Positions 11,494 to 25,942 of a DNA stretch of 64,000 nt are shown here, in pieces. Below the pieces are notes generated by a model. The model ran no database searches, had not been told where the DNA came from, and worked only from the letters and a program-made list of their open reading frames with translations. The DNA is from Escherichia coli (GTDB lineage: Bacteria; Pseudomonadota; Gammaproteobacteria; Enterobacterales; Enterobacteriaceae). The number at the start of each line of letters is the position of its first letter. Position 1 is the stretch's first letter. The position numbers and the translations under genes are program-made. The stretch lies in the NCBI RefSeq assembly GCF_003334335.1, contig NZ_QOWQ01000027.1; one strand, given 5' to 3'.

Positions 11494-11623
11494 GTAAAGA
11501 AAAATACAAGCGGAATGTTTATAAAATGATGTTGAAATGTAAACAAAGAGAGGTAATGCCAGGGGATATAAACGATTATTCCAGGTACAAAGATGGGATT
11601 GTTTACAACGAGCCATGTGTTCT

Positions 11624-11657
11624 TGCCGGATGCCGCGTAAACGCCGTATCCAGCCGA
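11624..11657. repeat. REP element
   Basis: tgccggatgccgcgtaaacgccgtatccagccgac matches the REP palindromic unit family. Confidence 0.65.
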
Positions 11658-11956
11658 CAAAACCGTCCTGACTCAATACATCAAAACTTCCATGTAAAAC
11701 TGATAAGCGGGTGTATCAAGCAATTTCGTCCATCCTCGATTATCAAATCTAACTTTTTGCCCGGAACATAATAACAGCTCGGGTGTTGGTGGCGTCAAAA
11801 TCGCTGAAGCGTTCCCCGAAGGCCGGGACAGCAGGGGGCGGCGGCGATTGGCCGCCCCCTGCGCGCTCCCTGCACCATTCAATTTATATGGCGAGGCACA
11901 TTAAGGGAGCGCAACCCGCTGCTGAAGCCAAACAAAACCGCCGCAGGCTAAGTCCC

Positions 11957-13465
<1,509 letters not shown>

Positions 13466-13653
13466 CTAAAGTCTCCAAAAAATTATTATCGGCAATGTCG
13501 AAACTTGCCGTTATATCTGCCACCGGAACGGGGTAACAGAGTTTATGTTTTACCAGGGCGACCGTATCCTGCCGGAAGCGCTGGTTATTCACAATCGATT
13601 TAACACACCATTTACATTAAATTTTAGTGCTCAGCGACACTATTTTTCATCAG

Positions 13654-13861
13654 GTTGCACTCTCTCACATTTTTTGCGGTTGCACCTTTCAAAAATGTTA
13701 ACTGCCGCAGAGAAAAAGTCTGAGTTATTTTTTTAATCCCTGTCATATCGATTTCTTTTATTAACATTTCATTCATTTTTAAGCTTGCTACGCATGTCAC
13801 ATTTAACATGGTTGCACAAAGTTGCAACATCATGGATATTTCACGATAACGTTAAGTTGCA
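13654..13861. promoter_or_regulatory. put control region with five GTTGCA PutA operator motifs (13654, 13679, 13811, 13821, 13856)
   Basis: GTTGCA hexamers read directly in the putP-putA divergent intergenic region; PutA autorepression via GTTGCA sites is established. Confidence 0.8.
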
Positions 13862-13887
13862 CCTTTCAGAACAACAGGAGTAATGGC

Positions 13888-16800
13888 ATGGGAACCACCA
13901 CCATGGGGGTTAAGCTGGACGACGCGACGCGTGAGCGTATTAAGTCTGCCGCGACACGTATCGATCGCACGCCACACTGGTTAATTAAGCAGGCGATTTT
14001 TTCTTATCTCGAACAACTGGAAAACAGCGATACTCTGCCGGAGCTACCTGCGCTGCTTTCTGGCGCTGCCAATGAGAGCGATGAAGCACCGACTCCGGCA
14101 GAGGAACCACACCAACCATTCCTCGACTTTGCCGAGCAAATTTTGCCCCAGTCGGTTTCCCGCGCCGCGATCACAGCGGCCTATCGCCGCCCGGAAACCG
14201 AAGCGGTTTCTATGCTGCTGGAACAAGCCCGCCTGCCGCAGCCAGTTGCTGAACAGGCGCACAAACTGGCGTATCAGCTGGCCGATAAACTGCGTAATCA
14301 AAAAAATGCCAGTGGTCGCGCAGGTATGGTCCAGGGGTTATTGCAGGAGTTTTCGCTGTCATCGCAGGAAGGCGTGGCGCTGATGTGTCTGGCGGAAGCG
14401 TTGTTGCGTATTCCCGACAAAGCCACCCGCGACGCGTTAATTCGCGACAAAATCAGCAACGGTAACTGGCAGTCACACATTGGTCGTAGCCCGTCACTGT
14501 TTGTTAATGCCGCCACCTGGGGGCTGCTGTTTACTGGCAAACTGGTTTCCACCCATAACGAAGCCAGCCTCTCCCGCTCGCTGAACCGCATTATCGGTAA
14601 AAGCGGTGAACCGCTGATCCGCAAAGGTGTGGATATGGCGATGCGCCTGATGGGTGAGCAGTTCGTCACTGGCGAAACCATCGCGGAAGCGTTAGCCAAT
14701 GCCCGCAAGCTGGAAGAGAAAGGTTTCCGTTACTCTTACGATATGCTGGGCGAAGCCGCGCTGACCGCCGCAGATGCACAGGCGTATATGGTTTCCTATC
14801 AGCAGGCGATTCACGCCATCGGTAAAGCGTCTAACGGTCGTGGCATCTATGAAGGGCCGGGCATTTCAATCAAACTGTCGGCGCTGCATCCGCGTTATAG
14901 CCGCGCCCAGTATGACCGGGTAATGGAAGAGCTTTACCCGCGTCTGAAATCACTCACCCTGCTGGCGCGTCAGTACGATATTGGTATCAACATTGACGCC
15001 GAAGAGGCCGATCGTCTGGAGATCTCCCTCGATCTGCTGGAAAAACTCTGTTTCGAGCCGGAACTGGCAGGCTGGAACGGCATCGGTTTTGTTATTCAGG
15101 CTTATCAAAAACGCTGCCCGTTGGTGATCGATTACCTGATTGATCTCGCCACCCGCAGCCGTCGCCGTCTGATGATTCGCCTGGTGAAAGGCGCGTACTG
15201 GGATAGTGAAATTAAGCGTGCGCAGATGGACGGCCTTGAAGGTTATCCGGTTTATACCCGCAAGGTGTATACCGACGTTTCTTATCTCGCCTGTGCGAAA
15301 AAGCTGCTGGCGGTGCCGAATCTAATCTACCCGCAGTTCGCGACGCACAACGCCCATACGCTGGCGGCGATTTATCAACTGGCGGGGCAGAACTACTACC
15401 CGGGTCAGTACGAGTTCCAGTGCCTGCATGGTATGGGCGAGCCACTGTATGAGCAGGTCACCGGGAAAGTTGCCGACGGCAAACTTAACCGTCCGTGTCG
15501 TATTTATGCTCCGGTTGGCACACATGAAACGCTGTTGGCGTATCTGGTGCGTCGCCTGCTGGAAAACGGTGCTAACACCTCGTTTGTTAACCGTATTGCC
15601 GACACCTCTTTGCCACTGGATGAACTGGTCGCCGATCCGGTCACTGCTGTAGAAAAACTGGCGCAACAGGAAGGGCAAACTGGATTACCGCATCCGAAAA
15701 TTCCCCTGCCGCGCGATCTTTACGGTCACGGGCGCGACAACTCGGCAGGGCTGGATCTCGCTAACGAACACCGCCTGGCCTCGCTCTCCTCTGCCCTGCT
15801 CAATAGTGCACTGCAAAAATGGCAGGCCTTGCCAATGCTGGAACAACCGGTAGCGGCAGGTGAGATGTCGCCCGTTATTAACCCTGCGGAACCGAAAGAT
15901 ATTGTGGGCTATGTGCGTGAAGCCACGCCGCGTGAAGTAGAACAGGCGCTGGAAAGTGCGGTTAATAACGCGCCAATCTGGTTTGCCACGCCTCCGGCTG
16001 AACGCGCAGCGATTTTGCACCGCGCTGCCGTGCTGATGGAAAGCCAGATGCAGCAACTGATTGGTATTCTGGTGCGTGAGGCCGGAAAAACCTTCAGTAA
16101 CGCCATTGCCGAAGTGCGCGAAGCGGTCGATTTTCTCCACTACTACGCCGGACAGGTGCGGGATGATTTCGCTAACGAAACCCACCGTCCATTAGGGCCT
16201 GTGGTGTGTATCAGTCCGTGGAACTTCCCGCTGGCTATTTTCACCGGGCAGATCGCCGCCGCACTGGCGGCAGGTAACAGCGTGCTGGCAAAACCGGCAG
16301 AACAAACGCCGCTGATTGCCGCGCAAGGGATCGCCATTTTGCTGGAAGCGGGTGTACCGCCAGGCGTGGTGCAATTGCTGCCAGGTCGGGGTGAAACCGT
16401 GGGCGCGCAACTGACGGGTGATGATCGCGTGCGCGGGGTGATGTTTACCGGTTCAACCGAAGTCGCTACGTTACTGCAGCGCAATATCGCCAGCCGCCTG
16501 GACGCTCAGGGTCGCCCTATTCCGCTCATCGCTGAAACCGGCGGCATGAACGCGATGATTGTCGATTCTTCAGCACTGACCGAACAGGTCGTCGTGGATG
16601 TACTGGCCTCGGCGTTCGACAGTGCGGGTCAGCGTTGTTCGGCGCTGCGCGTGCTGTGCCTGCAAGATGAGATTGCCGACCACACGTTGAAAATGCTGCG
16701 CGGCGCAATGGCCGAATGCCGGATGGGTAATCCGGGTCGCCTGACCACCGATATCGGTCCAGTGATTGATAGCGAAGCGAAAGCCAATATTGAGCGCCAT

Positions 16801-17850
16801 ATTCAGACCATGCGTAGCAAAGGCCGTCCGGTGTTCCAGGCGGTGCGGGAAAACAGCGAAGATGCCCGTGAATGGCAAAGCGGCACCTTTGTCGCCCCGA
16901 CGCTGATCGAACTGGATGACTTTGCCGAATTGCAAAAAGAGGTCTTTGGTCCGGTGCTGCATGTGGTGCGTTACAACCGTAACCAGCTACCAGAGCTGAT
17001 CGAGCAGATTAACGCTTCCGGTTATGGTCTGACGCTTGGCGTCCATACGCGCATTGATGAAACCATCGCCCAGGTCACTGGCTCGGCCCATGTTGGTAAC
17101 CTGTATGTTAACCGTAATATGGTGGGCGCAGTGGTTGGTGTGCAGCCGTTCGGCGGCGAAGGGTTGTCCGGTACCGGGCCGAAAGCAGGCGGTCCGCTCT
17201 ATCTCTACCGTCTGCTGGCGAATCGCCCGGAAAGTGCGCTGGCAGTGACGCTCGCGCGTCAGGATGCAAAGTATCCGGTCGATGCGCAGTTGAAAGCCGC
17301 ATTGACTCAGCCGCTAAATGCACTGCGGGAATGGGCAGCAAATCGTCCAGAATTGCAGGCGTTATGTACGCAATATGGCGAGCTGGCGCAGGCAGGAACA
17401 CAACGATTGCTGCCGGGGCCGACGGGTGAACGCAACACCTGGACGCTGCTGCCGCGTGAGCGCGTGTTGTGTATTGCCGATGATGAGCAGGATGCGCTGA
17501 CTCAGCTCGCCGCCGTGCTGGCGGTGGGCAGCCAGGTACTGTGGCCGGATGACGCGCTGCATCGTCAGTTAGTGAAGGCATTGCCATCGGCAGTCAGCGA
17601 ACGTATTCAACTGGCGAAAGCGGAAAATATAACCGCTCAACCGTTTGATGCGGTGATCTTCCACGGTGATTCGGATCAGCTTCGCGCATTGTGTGAAGCA
17701 GTTGCCGCGCGGGATGGCACAATTGTTTCGGTGCAGGGTTTTGCCCGTGGCGAAAGCAATATCCTTCTGGAACGGCTGTATATCGAGCGTTCGCTGAGTG
17801 TGAATACCGCTGCCGCTGGCGGTAACGCCAGCTTAATGACTATAGGTTAA
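13888..17850 (+). CDS. putA: PutA, bifunctional proline dehydrogenase / P5C dehydrogenase and transcriptional repressor
   Basis: Track ORF 13822-17850; start refined to ATG 13888 (MGTTTMGVKLDDATRERIK) with aggag SD; 1320 aa. Confidence 0.95.
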   Translation: MGTTTMGVKLDDATRERIKSAATRIDRTPHWLIKQAIFSYLEQLENSDTLPELPALLSGAANESDEAPTPAEEPHQPFLDFAEQILPQSVSRAAITAAYRRPETEAVSMLLEQARLPQPVAEQAHKLAYQLADKLRNQKNASGRAGMVQGLLQEFSLSSQEGVALMCLAEALLRIPDKATRDALIRDKISNGNWQSHIGRSPSLFVNAATWGLLFTGKLVSTHNEASLSRSLNRIIGKSGEPLIRKGVDMAMRLMGEQFVTGETIAEALANARKLEEKGFRYSYDMLGEAALTAADAQAYMVSYQQAIHAIGKASNGRGIYEGPGISIKLSALHPRYSRAQYDRVMEELYPRLKSLTLLARQYDIGINIDAEEADRLEISLDLLEKLCFEPELAGWNGIGFVIQAYQKRCPLVIDYLIDLATRSRRRLMIRLVKGAYWDSEIKRAQMDGLEGYPVYTRKVYTDVSYLACAKKLLAVPNLIYPQFATHNAHTLAAIYQLAGQNYYPGQYEFQCLHGMGEPLYEQVTGKVADGKLNRPCRIYAPVGTHETLLAYLVRRLLENGANTSFVNRIADTSLPLDELVADPVTAVEKLAQQEGQTGLPHPKIPLPRDLYGHGRDNSAGLDLANEHRLASLSSALLNSALQKWQALPMLEQPVAAGEMSPVINPAEPKDIVGYVREATPREVEQALESAVNNAPIWFATPPAERAAILHRAAVLMESQMQQLIGILVREAGKTFSNAIAEVREAVDFLHYYAGQVRDDFANETHRPLGPVVCISPWNFPLAIFTGQIAAALAAGNSVLAKPAEQTPLIAAQGIAILLEAGVPPGVVQLLPGRGETVGAQLTGDDRVRGVMFTGSTEVATLLQRNIASRLDAQGRPIPLIAETGGMNAMIVDSSALTEQVVVDVLASAFDSAGQRCSALRVLCLQDEIADHTLKMLRGAMAECRMGNPGRLTTDIGPVIDSEAKANIERHIQTMRSKGRPVFQAVRENSEDAREWQSGTFVAPTLIELDDFAELQKEVFGPVLHVVRYNRNQLPELIEQINASGYGLTLGVHTRIDETIAQVTGSAHVGNLYVNRNMVGAVVGVQPFGGEGLSGTGPKAGGPLYLYRLLANRPESALAVTLARQDAKYPVDAQLKAALTQPLNALREWAANRPELQALCTQYGELAQAGTQRLLPGPTGERNTWTLLPRERVLCIADDEQDALTQLAAVLAVGSQVLWPDDALHRQLVKALPSAVSERIQLAKAENITAQPFDAVIFHGDSDQLRALCEAVAARDGTIVSVQGFARGESNILLERLYIERSLSVNTAAAGGNASLMTIG

Positions 17851-17857
17851 ACAGGTA

Positions 17858-17885
17858 GCCGGAGGATGTTACAACCTCCTCCGGC
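17858..17885. terminator. Hairpin between convergent putA and rutR (gccggagg...cctccggc)
   Basis: 8-bp GC-rich inverted repeat read directly; flanking U-richness is weak. Confidence 0.35.
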
Positions 17886-17889
17886 ATCT

Positions 17890-18528
17890 TTAACGTGGTC
17901 GAATCCCCTCAATAATAATCCGCTGCACGTTTTCAACCGTTTGATTGAAAAATACCTCATCGCGCAACGTCGCGCCTGTCACCGCCTCCACCTGAGGGGC
18001 GAAATCGGCGTAATGTTGAGTGGAAGCCCAAATCATAAAAATCAAATGCTGCGGATCAATCGGCGCGAGTTTGCCGCTTTTGACCCAACCGGCAATCAGC
18101 GCCGATTTCTCATCAATTAATGCCTTCAAATCGCCCGTCAGTTCATCCATTAACAGCGGCGCGCCTGCCAGCATCTCCATACAGAACAGGCGCGAAGCCT
18201 GCGGATAATCGCGTGAGACTTCCAGCTTCAGACGGATGTACTCTTTGATCGCCGCCAGCGGGGCGAAATCTTCACGAAACGCTTTTAACGGTGCCAGCCA
18301 GATATCGAGAATCTGCCGCAGCACGGCAATATACAGCGCCTCTTTTGACGGAAAGTAATACAGCAGATTGGTTTTTGAAACACCCGCCAACTCTGCGATC
18401 TGCTCCAGCCTTGTGCCGTGAAAACCGAATTGTGAAAAAGTGTCCAGTGCTGCGCTAAGAATCGCTTTTTTCTTCGCGCTTACTGCGCGCGAACGTTTAC
18501 CCGTTGTTTTCACTGCGCCTTGCGTCAT
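17890..18528 (-). CDS. rutR: RutR, TetR-family repressor of the rut operon
   Basis: Track ORF to 18555; start refined to ATG 18526-18528 (MTQGAVKTTGKRSR); 212 aa. Confidence 0.9.
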   Translation of the reverse strand: MTQGAVKTTGKRSRAVSAKKKAILSAALDTFSQFGFHGTRLEQIAELAGVSKTNLLYYFPSKEALYIAVLRQILDIWLAPLKAFREDFAPLAAIKEYIRLKLEVSRDYPQASRLFCMEMLAGAPLLMDELTGDLKALIDEKSALIAGWVKSGKLAPIDPQHLIFMIWASTQHYADFAPQVEAVTGATLRDEVFFNQTVENVQRIIIEGIRPR

Positions 18529-18634
18529 GCGCTCTCCCCTCTTGTAGATTGGCAACAGGATAGCAAAACCCCCGCCCGGCCTCGACCTTCTGCACTCTCA
18601 TCGCGCACAGATGCATGTTTTATGTGCAACTGTT

Positions 18635-18650
18635 TTGACCGTTTAGTCCA
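18635..18650. promoter_or_regulatory. RutR operator-like site TTGACCGTTTAGTCCA
   Basis: Close match to the RutR box consensus TTGACCAnnTGGTCAA, located in the rutR-rutA intergenic region. Confidence 0.6.
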
Positions 18651-18714
18651 CTTTTTACCAGATATTTTAGATAACGTAATGTTAACAGATTAATAACATT
18701 AACTTTTTAAAAAC

Positions 18715-18730
18715 TGGCATCCGCTTTGCA
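18715..18730 (+). promoter_or_regulatory. Sigma-54 promoter of rutA (TGGCAT-N5-TTTGCA, -24 GG / -12 GC)
   Basis: TGGCATCCGCTTTGCA read directly with correct GG/GC spacing, about 30 nt upstream of the rutA ATG. Confidence 0.7.
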
Positions 18731-18758
18731 AACAAGCCAATACGCGGCTGAAAAGGAT

Positions 18759-20599
<1,841 letters not shown>

Positions 20600-20610
20600 G
20601 GAGTTTAACG

Positions 20611-20997
20611 ATGCCAAAATCCGTAATTATTCCCGCTGGCAGCAGCGCACCGCTGGCCCCCTTCGTTCCCGGCACGCTGGCTGATGGCGTGGTGTATGTC
20701 TCCGGTACGCTGGCTTTTGATCAACATAATAACGTGCTGTTTGCCGATGACCCAAAGGCGCAAACCCGCCACGTTCTGGAAACTATCCGCAAGGTGATCG
20801 AGACGGCGGGTGGCACGATGGCGGATGTGACCTTCAACAGCATCTTTATTACCGACTGGAAAAATTACGCCGCGATTAACGAAATCTACGCCGAGTTTTT
20901 TCCGGGTGATAAACCGGCGCGATTCTGCATTCAGTGCGGACTGGTAAAACCTGACGCGCTGGTGGAAATCGCCACAATTGCGCATATCGCCAAGTGA
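20611..20997 (+). CDS. rutC: RutC, RidA-family aminoacrylate peracid reductase
   Basis: 128 aa ORF recognised as RutC. Confidence 0.9.
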
Positions 20998-21004
20998 GGC
21001 CGCG

Positions 21005-21805
21005 ATGAAACTTTCACTCTCACCTCCCCCTTATGCTGATGCGCCCGTAGTGGTGTTGATTTCGGGTCTTGGGGGTAGCGGCAGTTACTGGTTACCGCAA
21101 CTGGCGGTGCTGGAGCAGGAGTATCAGGTAGTCTGTTACGACCAGCGCGGCACCGGCAATAATCCCGACACGCTGGCAGAAGATTACAGTATCGCCCAGA
21201 TGGCAGCGGAACTGCATCAGGCGCTGGTAGCCGCAGGGATTGAGCATTACGCAGTGGTCGGCCATGCGCTCGGTGCGCTGGTGGGAATGCAGCTGGCGCT
21301 GGATTATCCCGCGTCGGTAACTGTGCTGATCAGCGTTAACGGCTGGCTACGAATAAACGCCCATACGCGCCGCTGTTTTCAGGTTCGCGAACGATTACTG
21401 TATAGCGGCGGCGCGCAGGCATGGGTGGAAGCGCAGCCGTTGTTCCTCTATCCCGCCGACTGGATGGCGGCCCGCGCACCTCGCCTGGAGGCAGAAGACG
21501 CGCTGGCACTGGCGCATTTTCAGGGCAAAAATAATTTACTGCGTCGACTTAACGCCCTCAAACGCGCTGACTTTAGTCACCATGCGGATCGCATCCGCTG
21601 CCCGGTGCAAATCATCTGCGCCAGTGATGATCTGCTGGTGCCAACAGCATGTTCCAGTGAACTTCATGCCGCCCTGCCCGATAGCCAGAAAATGGTGATG
21701 CCCTATGGCGGACACGCCTGCAACGTGACCGATCCCGAAACGTTTAATGCTCTGTTACTCAACGGGCTTGCCAGCCTGTTACATCACCGTGAAGCCGCCC
21801 TGTAA
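21005..21805 (+). CDS. rutD: RutD, alpha/beta hydrolase (aminoacrylate hydrolase)
   Basis: Start refined to ATG 21005 ([29 protein letters not shown]); 266 aa. Confidence 0.9.
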   Translation: MKLSLSPPPYADAPVVVLISGLGGSGSYWLPQLAVLEQEYQVVCYDQRGTGNNPDTLAEDYSIAQMAAELHQALVAAGIEHYAVVGHALGALVGMQLALDYPASVTVLISVNGWLRINAHTRRCFQVRERLLYSGGAQAWVEAQPLFLYPADWMAARAPRLEAEDALALAHFQGKNNLLRRLNALKRADFSHHADRIRCPVQIICASDDLLVPTACSSELHAALPDSQKMVMPYGGHACNVTDPETFNALLLNGLASLLHHREAAL

Positions 21806-21814
21806 GGAATTGCT

Positions 21815-22405
21815 ATGAACGAAGCCGTTAGCCCAGGTGCGCTTAGCACCCTGTTCACCGATGCCCGCACTCACAACGGCTGGCGGGAGACCCCCGTCAG
21901 CGATGAGACGTTACGGGAGATTTATGCCCTGATGAAATGGGGGCCGACATCAGCTAACTGTTCTCCGGCACGGATCGTGTTTACCCGCACGGCAGAAGGA
22001 AAAGAACGTCTGCGCCCGGCACTTTCCAGCGGCAATCTGCAAAAAACCCTGACCGCGCCCGTCACCGCTATCGTCGCCTGGGACAGTGAATTTTATGAAC
22101 GGTTACCACTACTGTTTCCCCACGGTGATGCCCGCAGTTGGTTTACCTCCAGCCCACAACTTGCCGAAGAAACAGCGTTTCGCAACAGTTCCATGCAGGC
22201 GGCCTATCTGATCGTCGCCTGCCGGGCGCTGGGACTGGATACCGGCCCGATGTCGGGCTTTGACCGTCAACACGTGGACGACGCCTTTTTTACGGGCAGC
22301 ACGCTGAAGAGCAATCTGCTGATTAATATCGGCTATGGCGATAGCAGCAAGCTTTATGCGCGCCTGCCACGTCTGTCCTTTGAAGAAGCCTGCGGGCTGT
22401 TGTAA
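21815..22405 (+). CDS. rutE: RutE, nitroreductase-like malonic semialdehyde reductase
   Basis: 196 aa ORF recognised as RutE. Confidence 0.9.
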   Translation: MNEAVSPGALSTLFTDARTHNGWRETPVSDETLREIYALMKWGPTSANCSPARIVFTRTAEGKERLRPALSSGNLQKTLTAPVTAIVAWDSEFYERLPLLFPHGDARSWFTSSPQLAEETAFRNSSMQAAYLIVACRALGLDTGPMSGFDRQHVDDAFFTGSTLKSNLLINIGYGDSSKLYARLPRLSFEEACGLL

Positions 22406-22415
22406 GGAGCAAACT

Positions 22416-22910
22416 ATGAACATTGTCGATCAACAAACTTTTCGCGATGCGATGTCCTGCATGGGCGCGGCGGTCAATATTATCACCACGGACGGTCCAG
22501 CCGGGCGCGCCGGGTTCACCGCCAGCGCCGTCTGCAGTGTGACCGATACGCCGCCCACATTACTGGTGTGCCTGAATCGTGGGGCGTCCGTCTGGCCGGC
22601 ATTCAATGAAAATCGAACGCTGTGTGTAAATACACTTAGCGCCGGGCAGGAGCCGCTTTCAAACCTTTTTGGCGGCAAAACGCCCATGGAACACCGCTTT
22701 GCCGCCGCCCGCTGGCAGACGGGGGTGACCGGATGCCCGCAACTGGAAGAGGCTCTGGTTTCGTTTGACTGCCGTATCAGCCAGGTGGTGAGCGTCGGCA
22801 CCCACGACATTCTGTTTTGCGCCATCGAAGCGATTCATCGTCACACCACACCCTACGGGCTGGTGTGGTTCGATCGCAGTTATCACGCGCTGATGCGCCC
22901 TGCTTGTTAA
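22416..22910 (+). CDS. rutF: RutF, flavin reductase
   Basis: Start refined to ATG 22416 ([14 protein letters not shown]); 164 aa. Confidence 0.9.
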
Positions 22911-22930
22911 CCTCCTTAAGGAGACAGCTG

Positions 22931-24259
22931 ATGGCAATGTTCGGTTTTCCTCACTGGCAGTTAAAATCGACCTCTACAGAGAGCGGCGTGGTCGCGCCGG
23001 ATGAACGATTGCCGTTTGCTCAGACGGCAGTAATGGGCGTTCAACACGCGGTGGCGATGTTTGGCGCGACGGTGTTAATGCCGATTCTGATGGGGCTGGA
23101 TCCCAATCTTTCCATTTTAATGTCGGGGATCGGCACGTTACTGTTTTTCTTTATTACCGGCGGGCGCGTCCCCAGTTATCTCGGCTCCAGCGCGGCTTTT
23201 GTCGGCGTGGTGATCGCCGCGACGGGCTTTAACGGTCAGGGCATTAACCCGAATATCAGCATTGCGCTGGGCGGGATTATCGCCTGTGGGCTGGTTTATA
23301 CCGTCATTGGCCTGGTGGTGATGAAAATCGGTACGCGCTGGATTGAACGACTGATGCCGCCGGTGGTGACGGGTGCGGTGGTGATGGCGATTGGCCTGAA
23401 CTTAGCGCCTATCGCAGTGAAAAGTGTATCGGCTTCGGCCTTTGATAGCTGGATGGCGGTAATGACGGTGCTGTGTATTGGGCTGGTGGCGGTGTTTACC
23501 CGTGGCATGATCCAGCGGTTATTGATTCTCGTAGGATTAATTGTCGCCTGTCTGCTGTATGGCGTGATGACCAACGTTTTAGGGCTGGGAAAAGCCGTCG
23601 ATTTTACTCTCGTCAGCCATGCTGCCTGGTTCGGTCTGCCACATTTTTCCACTCCTGCTTTTAATGGTCAGGCAATGATGCTGATTGCGCCCGTGGCGGT
23701 GATTCTGGTGGCGGAAAACTTAGGTCATCTCAAGGCAGTCGCCGGGATGACCGGACGCAATATGGACCCGTATATGGGGCGGGCATTCGTAGGCGATGGT
23801 CTGGCAACGATGCTTTCCGGCTCTGTCGGCGGTAGCGGCGTGACCACCTATGCTGAAAATATCGGTGTGATGGCCGTGACCAAAGTCTACTCGACGCTGG
23901 TGTTTGTTGCTGCTGCCGTCATCGCCATGCTGTTGGGCTTTTCACCGAAATTTGGTGCGCTGATTCATACCATTCCGGCCGCGGTTATTGGTGGTGCATC
24001 AATTGTTGTGTTCGGGCTGATTGCCGTCGCAGGCGCAAGGATATGGGTACAAAACCGTGTCGATTTAAGCCAGAACGGTAATTTGATTATGGTCGCAGTA
24101 ACCTTAGTGCTGGGCGCGGGTGATTTTGCTCTCACGCTGGGCGGTTTTACGTTGGGAGGGATTGGTACAGCAACCTTTGGCGCGATTTTACTCAATGCGT
24201 TGTTAAGCAGAAAGTTGGTTGACGTTCCACCGCCAGAAGTTGTTCATCAGGAGCCATAA
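22931..24259 (+). CDS. rutG: RutG, pyrimidine permease (NCS2 family)
   Basis: Start refined to ATG 22931 (MAMFGFPHWQ) with aaggag SD; 442 aa multi-TM. Confidence 0.9.
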   Translation: MAMFGFPHWQLKSTSTESGVVAPDERLPFAQTAVMGVQHAVAMFGATVLMPILMGLDPNLSILMSGIGTLLFFFITGGRVPSYLGSSAAFVGVVIAATGFNGQGINPNISIALGGIIACGLVYTVIGLVVMKIGTRWIERLMPPVVTGAVVMAIGLNLAPIAVKSVSASAFDSWMAVMTVLCIGLVAVFTRGMIQRLLILVGLIVACLLYGVMTNVLGLGKAVDFTLVSHAAWFGLPHFSTPAFNGQAMMLIAPVAVILVAENLGHLKAVAGMTGRNMDPYMGRAFVGDGLATMLSGSVGGSGVTTYAENIGVMAVTKVYSTLVFVAAAVIAMLLGFSPKFGALIHTIPAAVIGGASIVVFGLIAVAGARIWVQNRVDLSQNGNLIMVAVTLVLGAGDFALTLGGFTLGGIGTATFGAILLNALLSRKLVDVPPPEVVHQEP

Positions 24260-24317
24260 ACAGAAAACCGCCGGGGTTACCGGCGGTGCAGATTGTTGAC
24301 AACGTACGCATTGTTCA

Positions 24318-24417
<100 letters not shown>

Positions 24418-24515
24418 AGCTTACATTTGTCATCAGTATCAACCACCGGGTAACCGGCGGTGATGGCTTTTTGACGAGCTACAGACAAAAATGCATTCGT
24501 CATTGATTAGCCCGG

Positions 24516-24689
24516 CTAGTTGTCGCTTTTGCCGTGACTGCTCTTACCACCTTTTTTACCTGCTTCAGATGCGCGCTGCGGGTCATTCTTGAAATTACCC
24601 CCGCTGTGCTGTCCACCTTTTTTACCTGCTTCTGATGCTCTTTCGCGGTCTTCTGCAAAATTGCCGGAACCGCCTCGATGGTTTGCCAT
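24516..24689 (-). CDS. ymdF: YmdF, small KGG-repeat stress-induced protein
   Basis: Start refined to ATG 24687-24689 (MANHRGGSGNFAEDRERASEAGKKGG...); 57 aa with repeated EAGKKGG motifs. Confidence 0.75.
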   Translation of the reverse strand: MANHRGGSGNFAEDRERASEAGKKGGQHSGGNFKNDPQRASEAGKKGGKSSHGKSDN

Positions 24690-25043
24690 TACTGACCTCC
24701 GTCTGGGTATAGACATCATATTGCATAGAATTAACGCGGCGTATGGCGGCTGCCATATTTTCGCTACGTGGGACTAAGCTTAGTGAACTGACGCGGGCAG
24801 ACCCGCGTTTGGTAATATCCTGCAACAGCTTCTTAGCGAGAATAGATATCATCTCCAATAATTATCCATAAGCCGCTCTTATGATTAAAAAAACGCGATG
24901 AGATAAAAATGTGTCATTTTGCGACAAAATTACGTGCTTGTGAAAGTTGTTATAAATCAAATAAGTGGTTGTGAAATTTGCACTCTGAAAAGGACGTCTT
25001 ATCTTTAAATAAGTGGTAGCGAATCGCTACGGAATAGAGATAA

Positions 25044-25658
<615 letters not shown>

Positions 25659-25678
25659 TCTTCAACAGGAGGATACGC

Positions 25679-25906
25679 ATGCCAACTCAAGAAGCGAAAG
25701 CTCATCACGTCGGTGAATGGGCATCTCTGCGCAATACGTCGCCGGAAATAGCCGAGGCCATTTTCGAAGTCGCCGGGTACGACGAAAAAATGGCGGAAAA
25801 GATTTGGGAAGAAGGTAGTGATGAAGTGTTAGTCAAAGCCTTTGCTAAGACCGATAAAGATTCGCTTTTTTGGGGCGAACAGACCATCGAACGTAAAAAC
25901 GTTTAA
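25679..25906 (+). CDS. yccJ: YccJ, small protein of unknown function
   Basis: 75 aa ORF immediately downstream of wrbA, recognised as YccJ. Confidence 0.85.
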
Positions 25907-25942
25907 CCAGCGACTCCCCGCTTCTCGCGGGGGAGTTTTCTG

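Noticed and set aside
15685-16185. 166-aa minus-strand ORF inside putA, and similar antisense ORFs inside rutA, cbpA and hyaD
   Set aside because: Embedded antisense in well-supported genes; Arg/His-rich low-complexity translations typical of spurious frames.
24622-24858. 78-aa minus-strand ORF upstream of ymdF
   Set aside because: Overlaps the ymdF start and the wrbA promoter region; no recognisable features; likely spurious.
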